From NCBI GenBank assembly GCA_964016885.1, contig OZ024746.1:60388001-60452000 (forward strand): a stretch of DNA of 64,000 nt, read 5' to 3'. A program made the translations under genes and the position numbers. The notes beneath the pieces are model-generated. The model had not been told where the DNA came from. It searched no databases and saw nothing but the letters and a program-made list of their open reading frames with translations. Position 1 is the stretch's first letter. The number at the start of each line of letters is the position of its first letter. Below are positions 13,101-27,684 of this stretch, in pieces. Source of the DNA: Eledone cirrhosa. Lineage: Eukaryota.

Positions 13101-15094
13101 ACTATTCTCTCTATCTTATACATCAGGTTTACAGGCTGCGTTCCTTCATCCATAAGCGGTCAGCTGACCTCCAACAGAATGATTTCAACCAAGCCAGTCA
13201 CATCTGGTCAGGCTTTGAGGCTGTGGCTGAACTGGTTAATTTGAAGATTGGACCAAAGGACATTAGTGGCTTATCAGTAAGTATAGTAACATTGGTCTTA
13301 TTAACACAATAGTCAAGTTAGTATAGTAACATTGGTCCAGTTACTATAGTAACATTGGTCAAGTTAGTATAGTGGCATTCGTCCAGTTACTATAATAACA
13401 TTCATCAGTATAACAATTTTCAGATAGTATAATATAATTTTCAGTTAGTAATAACAATTATCAGTTCCTCCAAAATTCTGGTCTTGTAACTATGTCATAA
13501 ACAATTGTTTGGAGTGGCAGTGTTGTTAGAACACCAGAGAAATGTTTAGCAGTATTTATTCTGGCTCTTTATGTTCTGAGTTCAAATTTCATCATGATCG
13601 ACTCTGCTTATCATTCTTATGGGGGTCGATAAAATAAAGCATCAGTTAAGTCCTGGGGTTGATATATTCAACTTTCTTTTTTCCCTAAATTAGAAATCAT
13701 TATTAAGGGTAGTAAGTCTGGTAGATTGGTAGTATCAGTAGAGTGTGGGACAACATGCTTTGCAGCATAGAGTTATGGCCCTTAACATTCTGAGTTCAAA
13801 TCTCGCCAAGGTTAGCTTTGCCTTTCATCCTTCCTTATGGGGTCGATAAAGTAAAGCACCAGTCACTCACTGGGAGCAATTTAATCGACTTTCCCCTCTC
13901 CCCAAAATTTCTGGCCATGTGCCTAAATCAGAAACCATTTTTATAAGGGCTGTAAATTGGTAGAGCTTTGCAATATTTAGTTATATCTCTTTGTATTCTG
14001 TATTCAAATACCACCAAGGTCAATTTGATCTTTCATCTTCCTGGGTTGATAAAATATAGTACCAATCATGTACTACAGTTGATGTCATTGACTTTCCTCT
14101 CCCCACAGATTGTTGGCCGTGTGCCTAAATTAGAAACCATTATTATTAGTTTTATTTATCTTTTTTCTTCTTTTCATTTTCACACAACCGCTACTACTTC
14201 TACCATCAATACTACTACCACCTCCACCAATACCAACAACACCATCATCACCACAAACAACAACAATAACACCATCACTACCAATATCACTACCCACATT
14301 AAAAGAATTCCCTTAAATCCATACGAGAAGAGGCAGAAATCCGAAGAAAGAGGCACCAAAGTTACCCTAAATTGAGCAGTACTGCGTTTCAGATGTTTGA
14401 TCAGCTGTTGGTCTCTCTCACCTACTTCTATTTGAACGACTTGAAGAATGCAGAAGACTTTCGGTAAATACTTGTCAGTTTTTATTATCTTTGTTACTTG
14501 TTATTGTTGTTATAGTGAAGGCGCGTGGCTGAGTGGCTAGAGAATTGGATTCGCAATGGTGAGGTTGTGAGTTCAATTCCCGGACTGGGCGATGTGTTGA
14601 ACAAGACACTTTATTTCATGTTGTTCCTTCTGGCTGGATTTGCAATTGGTAGATAGTATTTCCTCAGTCCAATTTGATGAGGTCTGGGATCTTGTCGATT
14701 GTTGTTATTTAGCTCCCTGTTGAGACCTGGCATGGGTTGGACAGGGGTTACTCATAGCTGCTGTCCTCCTTGGAGTGGGTGGTATGGCTCACTCAATCCA
14801 TTCCATTTTTTGACATGACTGGATGCCCTTCTTAATGCCAACCACTTTACAGAGTGTACTGAGTGCATTTTATTGTAGCCCCAGGAGTAGAGAGGTTGTC
14901 AGATTATTGATGTAACTGTTTGATTGTCAGCCACTAAGAGAGTACAAGACTCCCAGGCCTATCATGAAAAGCAAGGTAAACTGAAGCATATTGCTCAAGG
15001 ACACAGCATACCACTTGATCATGAATTCAATACCCTATCCACTAGAACAGAGAAAGTAAGTGAAAGTAACATGGTTGATTGGTGTTGATTAGAC

Positions 15095-15131
<37 letters not shown>

Positions 15132-17391
15132 ACGTGTAATGTTTTCAACATCTGGTCTTTAAAAAAATTCTACCTCAATTGATAATTTTTTGTATATTTT
15201 TAGGATGGTTCTTCTCAGAAGTGTCTCATTTGGACCAAAAAAAGGTCCGGTAAGAAAATTTCTTCTTCTTTGTTCACTTATTCCTGAGAGGGTTGTTGGG
15301 GCAGAGTCTCTTTCTTTCTCTTTCAGCTGAAGCAGAAACTGCTGAGCTGAACAAGCTCCACTCTGTTTCAACATCTTCAGTTTACTCAGGGAGTTCTCTG
15401 AATTTGTTTGGAATAGTATCTGGTCCTGACTTCCTTATCCACTAAAGCTTCCCACTTTATCCTGTAGGTTGCCCTGGACCTTCCAGTTTTGTGGGCTTCT
15501 TTGGCTTTAGATAGTCTCAAGTTGCAGATAACTAGATGGTGATCAGTTGACAGCTCAGCTCCTCTCTATTCAGGTGTGGTGCCAGAAATGACTGCACAGG
15601 CGAGAAGGAAAAGAAAAATTAATTTTTATTTTAAACCAGCCGTATCCATCCCAAATTCTCTTGCCTCTTTCTGTTCAAACTAGCTGTAACTGGCCACTCA
15701 TACTTATGTTAAGCTATTGTTCTCAAAATAAATATAAAAATCATAGATTCAATATTATGTGAGGTAAAGCCTTTACAATCAAAATACAATAGTAAAGTTA
15801 GACTAATGTAAATGCTAAAGGGTTAATAAGGATTTTTAATCTTGGTACAAGGCCAGTAATTTCAGAGGGAGGAGAAAAACCAATCATATCAACCCCAGTA
15901 CTTTACTTTATTAACCTGAAAGAGGAAAGGCAAAATTGTCCTTAATGAGAATTGGACTCAGAACAAATACTTCACAGCATTTCCTCTGACACTCTAACAA
16001 TTCTGTCAGTCCGTCATCGCCAATGTTTATGTTAACAATAATAGTTATATAATGTGGAAAGTGATACAAAATGGACGATAAGATGAAGATAACGAAAAAT
16101 TTAGTTACCTGATAATCTTTTTTTTTTGGTTTTGTTGCTCTTGTTTCTTTTGTCCTAATATTTCAGGGCTTAAAATTCCCTTCTTCAGTGTATAAGGAAC
16201 TCAGAGAAAACTGTTCCAGTTTCTTCTCTTTGGAATTTAATTTACAACATTTTATTAATAATAGTTATAATATAGAAGCAGACATATGGTTAAGGAATTC
16301 ACTTTGCAATAATGTGGTTCCAGGCTCAATCCTAATGTGAGGGAACTTTGTTTTCTACTATGGGTTTATCAGGACATTGTGAGTGAAATTTGGTGGGCAG
16401 AAATTCTTCAGAAGCCTGTCAAATATGTATCTGTATATGTTTATAAGTTTAACACAACACTACCATTAGCTTTGTTGCTTGATAAATAGGAGTTGATAAA
16501 GTATGTACCAGACTGAAATAAATTCTGGGGTTGATATGCTTGACTAAAGCCCTTCAGTGCTGTGTCCCAGCATAACCACAGTTCATTGGCTAAAACCAGC
16601 TACTGTTTGGAACATATCTTAATAGAGGTTCTTACATAAAATTATAGTGGAAGGTTTTTAGATAAGTATAAATGTATGAGCATAAAGAAGTTTCTTCAAC
16701 CTATCTAGTTTCAAATCAGGACACCCATCCAACCAAGGAACAGAGACATAAAATGATAATGATAATGATTAGAATAAAAAGTTTTGTATCAAAAGGGTTA
16801 AGGCTCTATATAATTTTCCCAAATTTTCTTTTCCAACCATCATTATAATTCTGTTGTATTTTTTGTTATATCTTTCAGAGATCAAGATCAAAGTCAGATA
16901 ACCCAGGTGAGTCTAAATCTTCTGGTGAATTCTACCAGTTTTTTTGTGGGCTTTGGGTTTCTGTAATCTGGAATTAAACAACATTTTATACATCATCATC
17001 GTTTAGCATCCATCTTCCACGCTAGCATGGGTTTGTCCCACTTGAGGCAAGATTGGTCAAGTGACCATGTCTCGCTCGTACAGAACTGGTAGGATTTCTA
17101 TAGCTGGATGCCCTTCTTAACACTAACAGCATTCACAGTGTGGACTGGGTGCTTTTTGTCGTGTCACCTACACAACCACTTCACAGTGGACAGAAATGGG
17201 AGGATGAGTAGGGGGTATGGGTTGGGGTGTGTATTGGTTTAAGAGGTACCTACTGACTGTAGGTTTAAGTTTGTATATATCTGCAGCAGCAGTGAAAATA
17301 GATGTTAAATACTAATGATAATGTTGATGTGTGGAAAATGGACATTAAATGAGGATGATGTTGGTGTGGAAAACATGTTAATTGATGACGA

Positions 17392-17434
<43 letters not shown>

Positions 17435-17842
17435 GTGTGTCAATCACTATAAAGAAGAGTTTAGAAAATCAGGTAAAGTACACACACACATATAAACTAG
17501 TTCAAACTGAGTGAGCCTGGTAACCATATCATCATCATCATCATCATCATTTTACGTCCGCTTTTCTCTGCTTGCAAGGGTGGGACGGGAACTGATTCTG
17601 GCTTGATTTCTACAGCTGGATGCCCTTCCTAACACCAACCTCATTTACAGTGAGTGCTGGGTGCTTTTTTGCCATGGCACCTCCATGACCACTTTGCAGT
17701 GGAATGATAGAGACCCCAGTCCTATCATCTCATTTCTACAGCTGAGTAAACGGGAGCAATGTGAAATAAAGTGTCTTGCTCAAGGAAACAATACATCACC
17801 CGGTCTGAGAATTGATACCTTGTCCATAAAGAGTGAACACAC

Positions 17843-17878
<36 letters not shown>

Positions 17879-20800
17879 TCATCATCATCATCATTTAACA
17901 TTCACATTCCCTGCTAACAGGGGTGGATCAGGTCATATATGCTTGTGGTCAGGTCTTCATTATCACAGCATAGCGCTAGCCCTCACGGCCCTTTGTCATC
18001 ACTGATGTGAGGTTTAATTTCTTAAGGTTAGTCTTCACTATCTTGTCCCAAGTCTTCCTGGCTCTGCCTCTTCCACAGGTCCCAGACACTGGGATTTCTC
18101 TGCATTTCTTTATACAGCTGCCATCTTCCATACGCATCACATGTTCAAAGCAATGTTATCTTCTCTCTTGCAGACTACATCTAATTCTTCTAATGCCGAG
18201 TTTATCTTTCTGTTTGCTTATGCTTCATCGTTCATGCACACTAACATTACACAGCCATTAAAGCATACTCACTTCATTTCTTTCCAGCCTTTGCAGATCC
18301 TCTGCAGTCAAGCCCGCTTATTTTTTAACCCTTTAGCGTTTAAACCGGCTGTATCCGGCCAGAACTTTCTCACCTCTTTCTGTTCAAACTGGCCACTCAT
18401 ATTGATATTAAGGTATTGTTCTCAAAATAAATAATATCAAAATCTCATAGATTCGATATTATGTGGGATAAAGGCTTTACCAGGAAAATAAAATAATATA
18501 TATAGAGTAATGTAAATGCTAAAGGGTTAAAGTATGGTATTTATATACCAGGTTGAAACTGGCTAAGAAGAAGATTATTTATATTATTGATCTCATTTTT
18601 GTCAGACTGCTAAGTTATGGCACACAAACGCAGACATGTGTACACACACACACACATACATATATACATGTGACAGGGGTTCTGAAGTGTCCATCTAGTA
18701 AACTCCATTCATAGGTCATTGATCAACCCCAGTTAGAATCTTGACTTGGTATCAGGAAAAATTTTATATTGAAATTTATCTATATGCTGGCATCAAAATT
18801 GCGACATGTGTATCTGATAAAATGTTCAACTGCTGTTTCTAGCACATTTTTCAGACATTCCTAATCATTCACTTATATACAAACTCCCTACCTCTCTTAA
18901 CTCATATACAGTCACACACACTCACACTCATGCACTCATAGTATTATTTACCCAGTTTTGATCATTCTAATTATCATTACACATGTTCTACTAGAGTGTA
19001 ACTGGAGGCTTCAGATGAAAATAATTCCTGTGTATATAGATGCGTATGAAGGATGACAGCTGCATAAAAAGGTGCAGAGCACTAGAAGTCGATGGAAACC
19101 GCGGAGTGGGGAGACCCAAGAAGACCTGGGATGAGGTGATAAAAGCCGACCTTACCCATTTACACCTTTCAAAGGCGATGACACACGACCGTGACCTCTG
19201 GCGTCACGCAGTAATACAGAAGACCCGACCCCCCCCCCCCCCCCCCCCCCACAGGTACAAGCCGAAGCTGAAGCATTTAGACAATATGCACCCACACCCT
19301 CCCACTGCAAAGTGGTCGTGGAGGTGCCACGGCAAAAATAACCCAGCCTACACTGTAAAGTGGACATGTAGGTGCCACGGAAAAAAAGCACCCAGCACTC
19401 ACTGTAAATGAGGTTGGTGTTAGGAAGGGCATCCAGCTGTAGAAATCAAGCCAGAATCAGTTCCCATATGAGCAAGACAAGGTCAGCCGACCGGACACTG
19501 CCCACAACAGGACAACCCGTCTAACCCATGCTAGCGTGGAAGAACGGACGTAAAACGGTGTTGATGATGATGATAGAGGGTTAACCCTTTAGCATTTAAA
19601 CCGGCCATGTCCGGCCAGGATTCTCACACCTCTTTCTGCTCAAACCGGCTGTAACTGGCCACTCATAGAAATGTTAACGTATTGCTCTCAAAACAAATAA
19701 TATCAAAATCCCATAGATTCAATATTATGTGAGGTAAAGCCTTTACCTTGAAAATATAATAGTAAATATAAAGTGATGCAAATGCTGAAGGGTTAAACAT
19801 GTGTATGAGACAGTGGCGGTCAGTAATGAGGGTTATAATGGAGATGATTATAAGTTATTTTTTCAATTTTTATTAAAAGGTCCCAGGGAAGAACTAACTT
19901 TGCACATCTGGTGTCTGAACCCTGGTGTGGTAAGTACTTTCACCATATACTTTCCCTATATATTTTTCCATAAGTCACCTAAATCTGTATATAAAGTCTG
20001 TTTGTGTGTGTATGAGTATATATATATATATATTTATTTATTATTAAGGCTAAAAAGTGAGTTTTGTTACTCTCGAGTTTCACCAGTTTATCACAGGGTC
20101 ATCAGACTCACTTTTTAGCCTTAATAATAATGTATATTAAAACTCTACTTCAGTATTGAGTACTCCTTTCTCTCAGCCATCAACCACATACGGATATATA
20201 TATATATATATATACTAAAAGGAACACCAGAATGGAACATTGTTCAGGGCGGCGATGGCAGATCAATAACTCACCGACAACATGTAGGGCCTCTAGGCAT
20301 GTACCTATATTGAAAGCCAAAAGGTACAACGAGAATCGCCCTTTTTCCATTCTTTACTGAGCTTGTCCAATCACCAAGACATAATGTGTGTGTGTAGACA
20401 GTAACTGAATGGAAGACCACTGTATATGTTGTATACATGTGTCTCTGTGTTTATATGTCATGTCCCTTTGACCTGTAACATAACAGTCCGACAAATAGAG
20501 GTTGATAAAATAAGTACTAAACTGAAGGGAAGACCCTTCAGTTGTGTCAAGGGCATAACAACCTCCATAAGGTTGGTGTTTTACATGATAAACATACCCA
20601 GTACACACTGTAAAGTGGTTGGTGATAGGAAGAGCATTTAACCATAGAAATCTTGCCAAACATAGGGTTGAGAGGACTCTCAGTTGTGTCAAAGGCATGA
20701 CAACTTCTCCTAAGCACTCGATGGAACATGAGACCATACATAAGCGAGACACAGATCCCTGGCTTACTTGGTAGATCAGTGACTCAGCTTCAGTAGTGAC

Positions 20801-23800
20801 TTGGTCAATATAGACCGTCCAGCCCTTGCTAGCAGGAAAAGTGGACATTAAAATGACAATGATGATGACGTGTGTGTATTTTAGTTTGCAGCCACATATC
20901 AATCCAGTATATGACTGCTACTATTTTATGAACCGTAAATTCTGAATGATCTCAGGCATCATATGTTCTTGGTTGCTTTTGGTTTTGTTGTCTTTTGTGT
21001 GTGTTTCTTTCTTATTGTTGTTTTTCTCTTCTAATCTAGAACCTTCTGTATTCCACAGACATTTAGTGACTTTTCCGTTACCCGGAGTGTAATCATCACC
21101 AGTGGTACTCTCTCACCTATGGTGTCGTTCCAGTCAGAGTTGGAGTTTCCCTTCTCTATTCGAATGGAAGCAAGACATGTTATTCCACCTTCTCAGGTAA
21201 ATTTCATTATAATAAGGTTTGCCTTGAAACAATGTGTGTGTCCCCCTTCAAAAGTCTCCCTTGACCATCACTCTCCTCCCATGTTAATTCTTGATCACTT
21301 TGGCATTGGTATAAAGTGGTCTACTCTTAAAGTCCCCCTTGACCATCACTTTGGTCTTATTCACTTGATCATGCCTGTCTTGGAACAAGTTGTACACATC
21401 GTTCAGTAAAAAGTATTTGCTACGCTCTGAAATGTGGCTAACAATTGAAAGATAAACTATACAGGATTAAGAGGACTTTTTGGTCACATCCAGGACATGA
21501 CAATCTCTCTAGTGTTGGTGTCATGATAAAATACCCCCAGTGGTTGGTGTTTAAGAAGGGTATCCAGTTTTAGAAACCATTCCAAAAGGGCCAAAATGGC
21601 TTTTCAGCCATGTCAAGGACATTACAATCTCTCTAGTGCTATTATATTTTCACGGTAAACACTTTATCTCATAATTATCTCACATAATATCAAATCTACA
21701 ATATTTTGAAATTATTTATTTTTAGAACAATACCTTAACATAAGTATGAGCAGCTAGTTATGGCTGGTTTGAACAGAAAGAGGTGAGAGAAATCTAGCTG
21801 GATATGGCCGGTTTAAATGCTAAAGGATTAAATGAGAAGGACATTTGGAAGGGCATCCAGCTGTAAGAATCATGCTATACTGGAATTATTGTATTACAGA
21901 ATATGAGTAGAATTTGAGACAGTAGGGTGTGGTTTGTTGAATATTTGGCTATTATCTCTAACAGTTTGAGTGGCCATCTAAAGCAACAATACCAAAACAT
22001 TGACCCCAGGCACATACAAAAATAAATAAGTAAATAAATATACCAGTAAACAGAATATAAAATAATTAGACAATAAGAACTAATTATATATAAATCAGAA
22101 AGCTGTATAGGGTAATTATATTTTATTGTATTATCATCAACATTTAAGATCTTTTTTCCCTTCTAGCAAGAGTTGGATAGGACTTGACAGACCAAGTCAG
22201 TACTCAGGCAAGACTATTGATCTCTAAGATGGGCTGAGAACCTGCATCTCACTTAACCATTTAGTATTTACACTATTCTATATTTACTATTGTATTTTCA
22301 CAGTAAATGCTTTATCTCACATAATATCGAAGCTATGAGATTTTGATGTTATTTATTTTGAGAACAATACCTTAACATCAGTATGGGTGGCCAGTTACAG
22401 CTAGTTTAAACAGAAAGAGGTGAAAGAATTCTGGCTGGATGCGGCTGGTTTAAATGCTAAAAGGTTAATATGGTCCCGCGCTCAATCAATTGCATTTTAT
22501 CATAACACCGGCACTAGGGAGGTTGTCATGTCTTTGATACAACTGAAGGGTCCTTCCAACTCTTTGCAAGCTTTCTATGGTTGGATGTATCACCAATCAC
22601 TTTACAGCATGTACTAGGTGTGTTTATCATGTAGATCACTAAGACTAGGGGAATTGTCGTGCCATTGACACAACTGAAAGGTCTTCTCAACCTTTTTCTG
22701 GCATATTAGTTGGTGTATTTTCATTTCTTATACAAATGTTAGGTTTTGACCCAAAAGTTTGGCGATCCCTGATCTAGAGGCTGGTTTGTTGTCAGAGGTC
22801 AACAATATTGAGGTAAAGGGAGGAAATCTATTTTTAGTTCCTACCTTCGTTATATATTGGTTTGTTTATATTTCAGGTTTTGGTGAGGGCCATTGGTTGT
22901 GGACCTTCTGGAAGATCACTTGTGGCCACCTTCAAACATACTGAAACCTTCACCTTCCAAGATGATCTTGGTGATATTGTTTGTGATGTCTGTATGGTAA
23001 GTTCTAAAGACTGGATTTTTTTTCAATTGTCTTTGTTGTGGTGGTTGGAAGCTCTGATTGTGATGGGGGGGGGGGGGGGGGGGGGTATTCGACCAGACAT
23101 TCCTCTTCTGCTAACTTCTCAACAATTTTTTCAAGTTCCACTTGGAAAGAAAGATGGGGTTGGGGGGTGGAAAGGCAAGTGTTACCCCCTTCCTCTGTTA
23201 AAAGGTGGGTGTATACAATGAGAATGGACCTACTCTAAGCATGCGTGTAGGCTAGAAGGAATATCGTTAAGAGGGGCATTTGTCTATGGTGCCTTTCGCA
23301 ATCAGAGTGATCTCAGATCTATGGAGCTCTTAAGTAGCTCTGAATGGTGCTCTTTCTAATGAGGAAATCTGTTAAATTTGCTGTTATTTGTCCCCTATTT
23401 TCTCTCTCTCTCTTTGCACACGTATATGTAAATCACCACTGTCCCTGTATAAAGTGTACCCTTGGTATTTGCAGTCCCGGTTATTCACAGAATTTTCCTT
23501 AGAACCTAACTAATAGTTGTTCATGGAAACCATCGCATATTCACAGAATCGTAAATATCTTCCGTGATGTTTTTATGGCTTTTTTCATAGCAATATATAT
23601 TTTTACGCTTTTTTTTATCGCTAAATTATTAATAACAATTTACCATATATACCAGCCTATATTTTTGACATTATATTTTGACGTTGATATGCATTTTTAT
23701 GGACCATGTCCAATATTCACAGGTGCTATAGCAACGTAACCCCCACAAATACTGGGGGACAACTGTATTATATTGTCCTCAATGTTTCCATCCCAAATTC

Positions 23801-26800
23801 CCAATGAAGATTAAATTTTGTTTTTGTTTTATTTTACCAGAGAACACCTAATGGTGTGTTGTGTTTCTTGTCTTCCTACACTATGCTAGATAAACTTTGC
23901 AAAAGATGGCAGGTATGTACTTCACAATTGACACTGACTCTTGTGGTCCTCTTTTAAAATTATTATTATTATTATTAAATTGTTGACCTTGTGCCTAAAT
24001 TAGAAATCATTATTATTATAAGGTTATAATTAGGGCGGTGGATTGGCAGGCATAGAGTTACAGCTCTTTGCGTTCTAAGTTCAAATCCCATTGAGGTTAG
24101 CTTTGCCTTTCATCCTTACGGGGTCATTGAAATAAAGTACCAGATTTAATCAACTTTCTCCTCCCCCAAAATTGCTGGCCTTGTGCCTAAATCTGAAACC
24201 ATATATTAATATAATAACCTTGTGTATTTGTCTGTCACACACTAGAGATGACTGAAGAAGGAAGGGGTGATTACGTCGACTGAGGAAGGAAGGGGTGATT
24301 ACGTCGACTGCGGAAGGAAGGGGTGATTACGTCGACTGAGGAAGGAAGGGGTGATTAAGTCAACTGACGAAGGAAGGGGTGTCTAATTCACACACACATT
24401 TATGTGATGACTGAGGATGGTAGGGGTGAGAAACTACAGAAGTCCAGCATTCTAAGATTCGTCACAGCTGTGTGTTTGTATGTTTGTATCACTTGTGTAA
24501 GTGAATACGAAGGAAACAAACAAACAAATATCTCTTTTTTATATTATGTATAGATATTACAATTAACTGTCATTTGTGATGGCACAGAGCCAGCTAGTTA
24601 TTATTATAAGGACGGTGGATTACCAGAATCATTAAGGCATCAGACGATATGCTTTGTGGTATTTGTTCCAGTTCTCTAAGTACTGTGTTCAAATTTTAAT
24701 GAGGTCAACTTTGCCTTTCATCCTTAGGGTTCATTAAAATAAAGTACCAGTCAAATACTGAGGTTGATTTAATTGACTTAGCCCTCCTCCTTCAAATTGC
24801 TGGCCTTGTGCCTAGATTAGAAACTATTATGGTTGTTGGTAAGTTAGAAAAAGAGGGATATTATCCTCCTTGACCCTTTGCAAACCCACCTAAATTAGAA
24901 TGGTAAGGTCAATATGTATATAGTGGGACTGGAGGTGTATCACTATGTGGCTTATATTGTTGTTTATATTTATATTTGCTAACCTTTTTCAAGGCCACTG
25001 GATTATGGGAGAAAATTTGGAAACGGAAAATAATTGTGATGGAACCCCGGACTGGGAAAAAAGAAGACTTTACAGCAGCATGGCAAAAATTCAGAACATA
25101 TGCTCAACGAGAAATAACAGGTGAATTGCTACTATGTCGCTGTTCTCTAGTTTTACATTCTCATAAATGTATATATACACACACACAGGGTTTCCCCCCC
25201 CAAAAAAATGTGTACACACTTTGATTAGAATGCTATTGAAGTGTTTATACATTTTTTGGGACACCCTGTATATATGTATCATCATGATCATCGATTAACG
25301 TCCATCTGCCACACTAGCATGGGTTAGACGGGTCCTATTTTAAGGCAAGTTGTGTCGAGTGACCGTGTCTCGCTCAAATAGGGGTGTTTCTGGCTGGTTT
25401 TCTACGGCCTGATGCCCTTCCTAACACCAACCACATTTACAGTGTAGGTTGGGTGCTTTTTACCGTGTCTTTTACACGTCTCCTTTATATATATATATAT
25501 ATATACATTACCATCCAGTTTCTCAGAAGTATAAAATGGACGATCAAGATATCCTATTGTTAAGGCCGACTCAGGTCAGAGAGCATTTAAAACTCAAAAT
25601 TATAAAAAAGTCAAGGATATGAAATTATTATTTATTCTTTCATATCTTTCACTTTTTTATAATTTTTAATTATATATATATATATATCATCATCATCATC
25701 ACCATCTTTGGAAAATGGACGTTAAACGAAGATGATGATGATGATGATGATGATATATATATATATAATTAAAAATTATAAAAAAGTGAAGGATATGAAA
25801 GAATAAATAATAATTTCATATCCTTGACTTTTTTATAATTTTGAGTTTTAAATGCTCTCTGACCTGAGGATATCTTGATCGTCCATTTTATACTTCTGAG
25901 AAACTGGATGGTAATGTACATTGAACTTCTCTCATCCTACCAAAGAAAATAGTAAAGTGCTACACTATAATCACATATTCTATATATATCACCATCATCA
26001 TTACTGTTTAACATCTATTTCTATGCTTGTGATGGGCTGTCACAATATGAGGCTTGGTTTTCTATAGTTGGATGCCCTTCCTAACACCAATCACCTTACA
26101 GGGCAGATTGGGTACTTTTTGTCATGTCGCCAGCATGACCACTGTATAGGGGGGATTGATTGCTTTTTGTCACACCAACAGTACAACGTCTTTATAGGGT
26201 GAACTAGGTGCTTTTGTTGTCAAACCACCAGTACGTCTTTATAGGGTGAACAAGGTGCTTTTGTTGTGACACTACACAACCACTTTACAGGGTGGACAAG
26301 GTGCTATTGTTGTAACACTAGCACAACCACCTTAGGGTGGACTACGTGCTTTTGTTTTAGCGTGAGCACTACTACAGAATGGTACAGGATGCGATGGGTG
26401 CCTTTGTCACGGCACTAGTATGTCTTAAAAGGGTGGAATAGGTGCTTCTGTTGTGGCACCAGCACTGTGGGAGATCATGCACATGTCATGGGGATGTGTG
26501 TATATATTTATATATATAAATGCCGGTGCCCCCTCATAACCTCAGCCTATCGCCTGGAACATGTAATAGAGTAATATCATCATCATCAACATCATGGTTG
26601 AGCATTTATTTTCCATGCTTGCATGGATTAAACAGGCTACCATATTCTGAGACTAGGCAGTTCAGATGTCTGTGTGTCATTCATATATTCCATTCTAGGC
26701 CTTCATGGCTGGATGCCCTTCCTAATGCCAACCATTTCATGACGTGGTGTGAGAGAGGGAAGTGGGCTGCAATAGTGGTGGTGGGGGCATCCCACTTACT

Positions 26801-27640
26801 AAGTTGGTATGGTTGACTATGGGAATTGGGGACCTGATAGGGAAGAAGGAGTTAGTAGCATGTGGTTATGCCCTGCTGAAGGCACATCTGTCTCTATGTT
26901 GGCCCAAATTGGGTAAGAATGGAGGAATCAGAGATGTGGTTGGGAGGAGAAGACTGGAGTTGTGTTTCGTTCTGCTTGGGTAATAGGAGGTGGCAAACAC
27001 CACCTCAATTACCTTACAACCAACTTAACCATCACTGGCATTGTCATCTCAAGAACCATTACCATAGTCATCACTACCTCCTCAACCATCACCACCACTT
27101 CAACCACCATCACCATAACCATCATTACCTCCACCACCTCAATCATCACCACTGCCACCTCAAGAACCATGACCATAACCATCACCACCTCAATCACAAC
27201 CCCCACCATCTTAACCACCGCCTCCACCACCACAATTCACTCATCTATTTTCATCACCATCATCAACAACAATAACAGCTACAACTTATGTCCCTTCCTT
27301 TTCCTTTCAGATTCTCTGGAGAATGAAGAAGAAATCACACAAGATGGCGCTCTGTTCTTGGCAGTATGTCGAGGGAAGATCAGTGAAGGGATAGATTTTG
27401 CAGACAACAGTGCTAGGGCTGTCATAACGGTATTGTTTTTTTTCTCTCTCTCTCTTGGTATTTTACGTTCTTTAACTCTAATCTTCATAATACCAGGACA
27501 ATTTGTTAAGCCTTCATTACGTTTATTGATTGGTGACGCGTGTTTCACTATTGATCAGCTCAGGGTTCAATCTGTATTGATCTGGCCTGACTCTGGAATC
27601 AAAAGCTTGTCAGACCTCTGTTGTAGTAATGACAGACTCC

Positions 27641-27684
<44 letters not shown>

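Noticed and set aside
26962-27300. His- or Thr-rich ORF upstream of the motif V exon (also 37190-37500)
   Set aside because: (CAC/CAT)n microsatellite in an intron; the real acceptor is at 27310
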